From [Synechococcus] sp. NIES-970 (lineage in GTDB: Bacteria; Cyanobacteriota; Cyanobacteriia; Cyanobacteriales; MRBY01), in contig AP017959.1 of NCBI GenBank assembly GCA_002356215.1, forward strand, positions 1,728,195 through 1,752,194: DNA of 24,000 nucleotides, read 5' to 3'. Made by a program: the position numbers and the translations under genes. Shown in pieces: positions 18,684-24,000 of this stretch (position 1 is the first letter of the stretch; every line of letters begins with the position of its first letter). The notes below the pieces were generated by a model. That model saw nothing but the letters and a program-made list of their open reading frames with translations, made no database searches and was not told the DNA's origin.

Positions 18684-18721
18684 AAAACAAATAATACCTT
18701 TGGCAACCCTGGCAAGAACTT

Positions 18722-19831
18722 ATGGATTGGTGGCGCAAACTTCGAAATAATCCCCTGGCCCGTGTGGGCGCAATTGTTCTGATCTCTTTTTACGTGCTGG
18801 TGATCGGTGCAGATTTTTTTGCCCCCTATAACCCCTATGCCTCCCAGCTTGACGGCTCCCTGATGCCTCCCACGGCGATCCATTGGCCTAACGGGACGCC
18901 CCATGTTTATCCCACCAGCCAAGGGCCGACGGATCTTGACACAGGCGATCGCCAACTGATTATCGATGCCGAAAATCCCCAACCGCTGCGCCTGTTTGTG
19001 AAGGGGGATGCCTACCAATTTTTACAAATCAAGCTGCCTGTCCCCCCCTCCTTTGAAGAACGGGTTATCTTTCCTGGAATCCGGGGCGATCGCCACCTCT
19101 TCGGGGTGGTAGGCGACGCTCGCTTCAATCTCCTCGGTACTGATGAACAGGGCCGCGACCAATTCAGTCGCCTGCTCCATGGGGGGCGCATCAGTCTCTT
19201 TATTGGCCTTGTGGGGATCACCATTTCTTTTCCCTTAGGGATGATTATTGGTGGTATTTCCGGCTATTTTGGCGGCTGGATTGATGCGGTGTTGATGCGG
19301 TTTGTGGAAGTGCTGATGACGATTCCGGGGATTTATCTATTGGTGTCTCTCGCTGCTATTTTGCCCGCCAGCCTCACCAGTGCCCAGCGTTTTCTCTTGA
19401 TTGTTTTGATTACGTCCTTTATCAGCTGGTCAGGATTAGCACGGGTGATTCGCGGCCAGGTGCTCTCGATCAAAAACCAAGAATTTGTCCAGGCAGCCCA
19501 GGCCACGGGGGGGCGATCGCTTTACATCATTACCCGCCATATTCTGCCCCAAACTGCCAGCTATGCAATTATTTCTGCAACCCTCGCCGTGCCTGGCTTT
19601 ATCATCGCCGAATCGGTATTAAGTCTGATTGGCCTGGGGATTCAACAGCCCGATCCCAGTTGGGGAAATCTGCTTTCCCTGGGGACAAATGCTTCGATCT
19701 TGGTGTTGCAGCCCTGGCTAGTATGGTCGCCGGCGGTCCTGATTATCATCACAGTGCTGGCCTTTAACCTGCTCGGAGATGGTCTCCGGGACGCCCTCGA
19801 CCCCAAAAGTCTCCAGAGCCGTAGGGATTAA
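18722..19831 (+). CDS. ABC transporter permease, OppC/DppC/YejE-like (binding-protein-dependent inner membrane component)
   Basis: 369 aa. TM1 GAIVLISFYVLVIGADFFAPY, GTDEQGRDQFSRLLHGGRISL, and the EAA-like loop FVQAAQATGGRSLYIITRHILPQ. The periplasmic loop between TM1 and GTDxxGRD is unusually long, about 115 aa. No partner OppA/B/D/F gene lies in the window. Confidence 0.85.
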   Translation: MDWWRKLRNNPLARVGAIVLISFYVLVIGADFFAPYNPYASQLDGSLMPPTAIHWPNGTPHVYPTSQGPTDLDTGDRQLIIDAENPQPLRLFVKGDAYQFLQIKLPVPPSFEERVIFPGIRGDRHLFGVVGDARFNLLGTDEQGRDQFSRLLHGGRISLFIGLVGITISFPLGMIIGGISGYFGGWIDAVLMRFVEVLMTIPGIYLLVSLAAILPASLTSAQRFLLIVLITSFISWSGLARVIRGQVLSIKNQEFVQAAQATGGRSLYIITRHILPQTASYAIISATLAVPGFIIAESVLSLIGLGIQQPDPSWGNLLSLGTNASILVLQPWLVWSPAVLIIITVLAFNLLGDGLRDALDPKSLQSRRD

Positions 19832-19865
19832 GCAAGGACTTATTTTTAAAAAAACTTGTGGATTT

Positions 19866-19903
19866 TTAGGGTGGTATCTGTGGCGGTATGACCCTAATTT
19901 TTT
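19866..19903 (+). terminator. Intrinsic terminator of the permease gene
   Basis: TTAGGGT (19866-19872) pairs with ACCCTAA (19891-19897). Inner pairs extend the stem, and it is followed by TTTTTT (19898-19903), 35 nt after the stop codon. Confidence 0.6.
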
Positions 19904-19925
19904 GGGGAGTTCTGGGGCTGGGCAC

Positions 19926-19966
19926 AGAAAAAAGACCGGCGACTTTCCGTGTTTCGTCTCGGTCTT
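19926..19966 (-). terminator. Second hairpin in the convergent spacer, with the U-run better on the minus strand (possibly bidirectional)
   Basis: AAGACCG (19932-19938) pairs with CGGTCTT (19960-19966). The minus-strand reading gives the hairpin followed by TTTT(TT)CTGTG. The plus-strand reading gives only TCTTTCTGG. The loop is large (21 nt), so confidence is moderate. Confidence 0.4.
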
Positions 19967-20069
19967 CTTTCTGGTTCGCTCCTCACACACCTGTAAGTTT
20001 AGACCATCTTTTCTGAAAGCGCCATGGTTTTTTCAAGTTTTATGTCGAAAATTGAGATCATTTTTGAGC

Positions 20070-20094
20070 TAAAAAGCCCCTAATCCTTTAGGGG
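20070..20094 (-). terminator. Intrinsic terminator of the ArgRS-like gene, overlapping its stop codon
   Basis: The minus strand reads CCCCTAA-AGGA-TTAGGGG-CTTTTTAGC. The TAA stop (20088-20090) lies inside the 5' arm of the 7-bp stem. Confidence 0.6.
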
Positions 20095-20846
20095 AGCGCT
20101 TTTGAGATGGTCAAGAAATCTTGAGATGGGGGCAAATAATTCTGGAAAAACTGCGCCAAGTACTTCAACCACTGCCAATAATGACAACCTAAGGTAGGTT
20201 GTTGCTGCAAATAGCCAAATAGGCTGCAGTGGCGGTGAAATTCCCAGAGGCTTTTTTCTACGGTAGCCAGGAGGTGGGGTTTCGGCTGATGGTTGAGGGC
20301 TGCGAGAACATAGCGGGCGATCGCTTCTAGAAGGGTTTGCTCCCAAGCCGGAAAGCGACTGTGGTGAAAGTGCCACTGGGGTAACTGGGTGCTGTGATAG
20401 ACAGCGGCGAGGTCGCTCAGTTCTTGGCAACGGCTCCGCAGGTAATGACAAGAAAACAGCAGATCAGCGTCCAGCGTGATGGATATGGGGGCTTGGGGGC
20501 GTATTACTTGATCTAGCCAGCGGCCAATGTCTAGGGGGATTAGTGAAAACTCCAGCCAGCCCTGGGGGGTGGCGATCGCCTCGTAGGTGAAGAGGTGGGT
20601 GGCATTATTCGTTGGGGAGACGGTGGCCGTAATCTGTTCCAAATATTGCTGGGCCAATTGTTGGGGAACCTGGGCCTGATGGTGGGCTAATTTACGGGCG
20701 ATCGCCGAACGGAAACCCAAGCCTGGCCGCCGGAAGCAGAGACTTAAGGGAATATCCTTTGCCGGATATTGCCCCGGCTGGGCCAATAAATCTTGGAGGG
20801 CCGCCGATAGATCGGCGGCCTCGGTCACCACAGAGAGCAAAGGCAT
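20088..20846 (-). CDS. ArgRS-like protein lacking the catalytic core (N-terminal ArgRS-type domain fused to a DALR-like anticodon-binding domain); function unknown
   Basis: 252 aa. FRSAIARKLAHHQAQVPQQLAQQYLEQI ... IATPQGWLEFSLIPLDIGRWLDQVI resembles the ArgRS N-terminal domain. LLFSCHYLRSRCQEL ... EQTLLEAIARYV ... PHLLATVEKSLWEFHRHC resembles the DALR domain. There is no HIGH or KMSK-type motif. The gene has its own terminator. The assignment is by eye only. Confidence 0.55.
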   Translation of the reverse strand: MPLLSVVTEAADLSAALQDLLAQPGQYPAKDIPLSLCFRRPGLGFRSAIARKLAHHQAQVPQQLAQQYLEQITATVSPTNNATHLFTYEAIATPQGWLEFSLIPLDIGRWLDQVIRPQAPISITLDADLLFSCHYLRSRCQELSDLAAVYHSTQLPQWHFHHSRFPAWEQTLLEAIARYVLAALNHQPKPHLLATVEKSLWEFHRHCSLFGYLQQQPTLGCHYWQWLKYLAQFFQNYLPPSQDFLTISKALP

Positions 20847-20937
20847 CGAAGCTTGCGTGGGGTATGGACATCTTTTAGAATCATAGGACCCTAGCTACGC
20901 CCGTCATCAAAGCTTTCATTTTTCGGGGCCTTGGACA

Positions 20938-21642
20938 ATGTCTGATTTTTCCGTTGCTGATCTGAGTTCCCCGCTGTCTCTGATTACGCCGGAACTTGAG
21001 CAATGGGCGATCGCCCATTGTCGTAGTCGCACTTTTGGCCCCGAAACAACCATCCCCACCCGGGCGGGCCTGCTCTACTTCGTCACCCAAGGTTTTGTCC
21101 GTCTCGAAGGTCAGCGGCGTCTTTGTCAAGCGCCCCTATTCTCCCAGGAAGTACGACCCATTACCCTGGCTTTTTTGGGTGCGGGCCAACCCTTCGATCT
21201 GGGTCAAAGTGAGGGGGTGACCCTCCAGGCGATCGCCCAGGCGATCGCCCAAGTCGATCAAACCACTGTCTTTTGGTTGTACTGGCAAGATTTAGCTCTC
21301 TGGCCCACCCTAGAACAGCACATCTTCCAGGCACTGCGGCAGCAGCACCAGCAACAGCTCTGGCGACAAACGATTCTCAGTCAAGGTAAAACCCTCGATC
21401 GCCTGTGGCTCTATCTAGAAATGCTTGGATGCATCCATGGAGAAATCATCCCTGGGGGTCTGTTATTGCCTTTCCCCCTCACCAGTCAGCAGTTAGCCGG
21501 AGTTTTGGGGGTCGCCCCACTCACGGTCAACCGTTTATTAAAACAACTGCTCCAAGCAGGCCGATTAGAGCTGTTTGGAGCAGATCAATTTAAGATTTGT
21601 GCCATCTCAAAGCGCGAGAAGCACCCATCAAACAATCCCTGA
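20938..21642 (+). CDS. Crp/Fnr-family transcriptional regulator with a degenerate effector domain
   Basis: 234 aa. The C-terminal HTH is LTSQQLAGVLGVAPLTVNRLLKQLLQAGRLEL. An N-terminal beta-roll-like region (LLYFVTQGFVRLEG ... LAFLGAGQPFDLG) sits in the position of a cNMP-binding domain. Confidence 0.75.
   Translation: MSDFSVADLSSPLSLITPELEQWAIAHCRSRTFGPETTIPTRAGLLYFVTQGFVRLEGQRRLCQAPLFSQEVRPITLAFLGAGQPFDLGQSEGVTLQAIAQAIAQVDQTTVFWLYWQDLALWPTLEQHIFQALRQQHQQQLWRQTILSQGKTLDRLWLYLEMLGCIHGEIIPGGLLLPFPLTSQQLAGVLGVAPLTVNRLLKQLLQAGRLELFGADQFKICAISKREKHPSNNP
21226..21249 (+). repeat. Perfect in-frame tandem duplication of a 12-nt HIP1-containing unit (CAGGCGATCGCC x2)
   Basis: 21226-21237 and 21238-21249 are identical and encode QAIA-QAIA inside the Crp-like gene. 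Confidence 0.95.
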
Positions 21643-21662
21643 GATCACCTGTTCATTAGCCT

Positions 21663-22997
21663 CTACAGGGCCAGGATCGCTTGTACCTGGGCCATGGTTT
21701 CTTGGTAAAGCACATCTTTCCCCCATCGCTGGAGCTGCTGCCCGAGGAGGTGATCTGTTTTTTGATCCGCTAGGGGGGTCACTTGCTCAATGCGACAGGC
21801 CTGGGCGCCCCCTCCAGACTCCATATGCATACAGCCTGATGTTTCTGAGCAAAGAACAGTACAACAGTCGGCAGCCAGGTTACTGGAGGTGAGCTTGAGA
21901 CTGACTAAATCGCCCACAACTTCGCCCACATCAGCCATGGGAAGACCCACTAGTTCGGCGGTAATGGTCTTATTTTGGCGATCGCTAAATCGAAGTCGGT
22001 GAATCTCATAGTCTCCCGACTCCCGCTCAATGGCCGTCGGATCCCAATTTAAGCGGCCCATCAGCCAGCCCATATACATCAATGCCTGGGTTGCGTTGCC
22101 TTTCTCATAGTTGAGGGTAACATGGTCTACTTCCCAGATAGCCGCCCGGCGTTCGGGGGGATCAAAGGCCGCAGCGGTTAGCTCTTGCCAGGCGGCGAGG
22201 CGACTCCAGTTGAGATCAGCCACGTTTATACCCTGAGAGATCAATTGGCAGAGGACCCGTAAATCCACCTCGGCATTCAGAAATTCACTAGAATCGACGA
22301 TGAGGGTATCTGCCTCAGCCATCAGCCGCTGGAACAGTCCGTAGTTACTGTCGGGCACTGCTTTCCACCAGATAAATTTCGGCAAATCCCGCACCATCAA
22401 AGCTGTGATCAGACCACCGATACGCTCTAAGGCTGCGGCTGTGCCACTCAGGGTAATGTATTCACAGCAAATGAGAGTACTGCTGCCGCGCTTGTTAATC
22501 GGGCAATAGGCAGACACCTGGGCTGAGACCCCCACATCTTCACCCGTGGTGGGACAAAGGGTAATAATGCGACAGGGGTTGGAGCTGGCGATCGCATCCG
22601 CCACCCCAGCACTACTCAGATCTGCCGAATAGGTCAGCGGTTGGCAACCCTGGCCTTGGGTTTGACAGGCCCAAGCTTCCCGGAGCTTTTGGAGTAATTC
22701 TGGCGAAAGTTTCCCCGTTTCCTCAAAACCATAGGCTTTTTGGGCAGCCCGAATCGCGGCCGTTGTTCTGGAGCCAGCGATGCCGTCAATGGGCCCTGAA
22801 TAAAACCCCAGACTCCCCAGCAAAGCCTGGGAGTCATCCGGTTCGTATACCAAAAAGCTAAAGGTGGTAGCCCGGGTTGCACTCATACCTTCGTCGGAGC
22901 GGTAATTCTGCCACAGTTGTGTCAGTTCCACTTCAATCTCTTCAATGGAGACATCCTTAGGTGCTTGCAAAGAAACAAGGGGAGCTGAAATAGTCAT
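21663..22997 (-). CDS. opcA: Glucose-6-phosphate dehydrogenase assembly/activator protein OpcA
   Basis: It lies directly downstream of zwf, the typical cyanobacterial zwf-opcA arrangement. From ATG 22997: MTISAPLVSLQAPKDVSIEEIEVELTQLW ... ATRATTFSFLVYEP ... KFIWWK ... LNWSRLAAWQELTAAAFD. The TTG 23051 start in the track is probably too far upstream. Confidence 0.85.
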   Translation of the reverse strand: MTISAPLVSLQAPKDVSIEEIEVELTQLWQNYRSDEGMSATRATTFSFLVYEPDDSQALLGSLGFYSGPIDGIAGSRTTAAIRAAQKAYGFEETGKLSPELLQKLREAWACQTQGQGCQPLTYSADLSSAGVADAIASSNPCRIITLCPTTGEDVGVSAQVSAYCPINKRGSSTLICCEYITLSGTAAALERIGGLITALMVRDLPKFIWWKAVPDSNYGLFQRLMAEADTLIVDSSEFLNAEVDLRVLCQLISQGINVADLNWSRLAAWQELTAAAFDPPERRAAIWEVDHVTLNYEKGNATQALMYMGWLMGRLNWDPTAIERESGDYEIHRLRFSDRQNKTITAELVGLPMADVGEVVGDLVSLKLTSSNLAADCCTVLCSETSGCMHMESGGGAQACRIEQVTPLADQKTDHLLGQQLQRWGKDVLYQETMAQVQAILAL

Positions 22998-23072
22998 AAA
23001 TTTTTCTGGAGATTGGGAAAGCGAATTTAGAAGATTAAGGGTTGAAAACAATTAAGGCGATCGATCGCTCAA

Positions 23073-24000
23073 TCACAGTCTGCGCCAGCGGCGACCATCC
23101 CGATTGATCAAAAATTCCGCTTCCGTCGGTTCCCAAGTACCCGCCTCATACTGGGGAATCGTCTTAGGATCTGTCGGTGAATCCCAGGCAGCAAGGGCTG
23201 GGGTCACCACTCGCCAAGCTTCTTCCACCTCATCGGCCCGGGTAAAAAGGGTTTGGTCTCCCACCATGCAATCGAGCAAGAGGCGAGTGTATGCGTCTTG
23301 GGTCGCCATCGCAAAAGATGTCCCATAACTAAAATCCATATCCACACTGCGGGTGCGAATATCTGCCCCTGGCATCTTTGCCTCAAAGCGGAGGGCAATT
23401 CCTTCATTGGGCTGAATCCTCAGGGCTAGCACGTTGGGATTGGCCTGTTTTGCCGCCGACGGAAAAATGCTGAGGGGTACTTGTTTAAATTGGATCGCGA
23501 TCTCAGAAACTTTTTTTGGTAAGCGTTTACCCGTACGCAAGTAGAAGGGAACCCCCTGCCAACGCCAGTTATCCACCATAAATTTCATCGCCACATAGGT
23601 GGGAGTCGTTGATTCGGGATTGACGCCAGGTTCTTCGCGATAACCGGGCACGGGTTTCCCCTTCATCCAGCCTGCTTTGTACTGACCCCGGATCGCAGAT
23701 TTATCAAGGTTGTGGATATCGGCCAGGTGAGTTGCTTGTAATACCTTCGTTTTTTCGCTGCGAATACTGTCGGCATTGAGGGCGTTGGGGGCTTCCATGG
23801 CAGTCAGACAGAATAGTTGCATCAAGTGATTTTGCAACATATCCCGTAGTGCCCCAGAAGTTTCGTAATAGCCTGCCCGGTCTTCTACCCCCACGGTCTC
23901 GGCGACGGTAATCTGCACATGGTCAACGTAGTGACGATTCCAGAGGGGTTCAAAAATGGCATTGGCGAAGCGAAAAACCAACAAATTTTGAACAGTTTCT
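23073..24000 (-). CDS. zwf: Glucose-6-phosphate 1-dehydrogenase; partial, the N-terminus is beyond the right edge
   Basis: [54 protein letters not shown] is the conserved G6PD core. The reading frame stays open to base 24000, so the TTG start at 23984 in the track is an artefact of the window edge. Confidence 0.95.
   Translation of the reverse strand, partial: ETVQNLLVFRFANAIFEPLWNRHYVDHVQITVAETVGVEDRAGYYETSGALRDMLQNHLMQLFCLTAMEAPNALNADSIRSEKTKVLQATHLADIHNLDKSAIRGQYKAGWMKGKPVPGYREEPGVNPESTTPTYVAMKFMVDNWRWQGVPFYLRTGKRLPKKVSEIAIQFKQVPLSIFPSAAKQANPNVLALRIQPNEGIALRFEAKMPGADIRTRSVDMDFSYGTSFAMATQDAYTRLLLDCMVGDQTLFTRADEVEEAWRVVTPALAAWDSPTDPKTIPQYEAGTWEPTEAEFLINRDGRRWRRL

Noticed and set aside
19718-20072. 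ORFs 19779-20072 (+, 97 aa) and 19718-19990 (-, 90 aa) in the convergent spacer
   Set aside because: Both run straight through terminator hairpins and U/T runs and overlap the permease 3' end. The sequences are low complexity, so the spacer is more plausibly non-coding.
1-21642. The idea that the CheA-like kinase, Hfq and Crp-like regulator form one motility or phototaxis locus
   Set aside because: The three genes are separated by 3-15 kb of unrelated housekeeping genes on both strands, so co-occurrence in one 24-kb window is not evidence of a system.
23073-23984. A TTG start at 23984 for the zwf ORF
   Set aside because: The frame remains open to the window edge, and the conserved G6PD N-terminal half (NADP-binding and RIDHYLGKE regions) is missing, so the gene continues beyond base 24000.
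1-24000. Whether the many GCGATCGC repeats are a CRISPR array or a MITE family
   Set aside because: The copies are dispersed 8-mers inside coding sequences (commonly read as Ala-Ile-Ala). They have no regular spacing and no longer conserved repeat unit. This is the well-known cyanobacterial HIP1 element.

Overview
This window reads as an ordinary, densely packed (about 90% coding) piece of cyanobacterial chromosome. The HIP1 octamer GCGATCGC occurs about 40 times by eye, roughly one per 600 bp, and lies inside most genes, so the DNA looks native rather than recently acquired. I call 21 protein-coding genes. They are: a CheA-like hybrid kinase (partial, and missing from the ORF track because its stop is off-window), YebC, a GAF sensor kinase, DapF, cyanobacterial-type Hfq, an M23 peptidase, an ABC1/UbiB-type kinase, CysE, an orphan ABC ATPase, an RlpA-like protein, a UvrD-like helicase, ArgC, a histidine kinase plus OmpR-type regulator pair, Aat, a Gln-rich hypothetical, an OppC/YejE-like permease, an ArgRS-like protein without a catalytic core, a Crp-like regulator, OpcA and Zwf (partial). 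I recognise no rRNA, tRNA, CRISPR array, transposase, integrase or phage gene. I do not see a convincing multi-gene novel system. The best leads are single-gene oddities: (1) a 252-aa protein that looks like the N-terminal and DALR domains of arginyl-tRNA synthetase joined without the catalytic core, divergently paired with a Crp-like regulator that has a degenerate nucleotide pocket; (2) a CheA-like kinase with no recognisable Hpt/P2 domains, whose N-terminal acidic/Pro-rich region carries repeated LEALLQ motifs, three C8 tracts and a 15-bp tandem duplication; (3) a 256-nt convergent spacer with three terminator-like hairpins that could hold a small RNA; (4) a peptidoglycan-binding-like module inside cytoplasmic OpcA. 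All homology statements come from reading the translations by eye. No database search was run.
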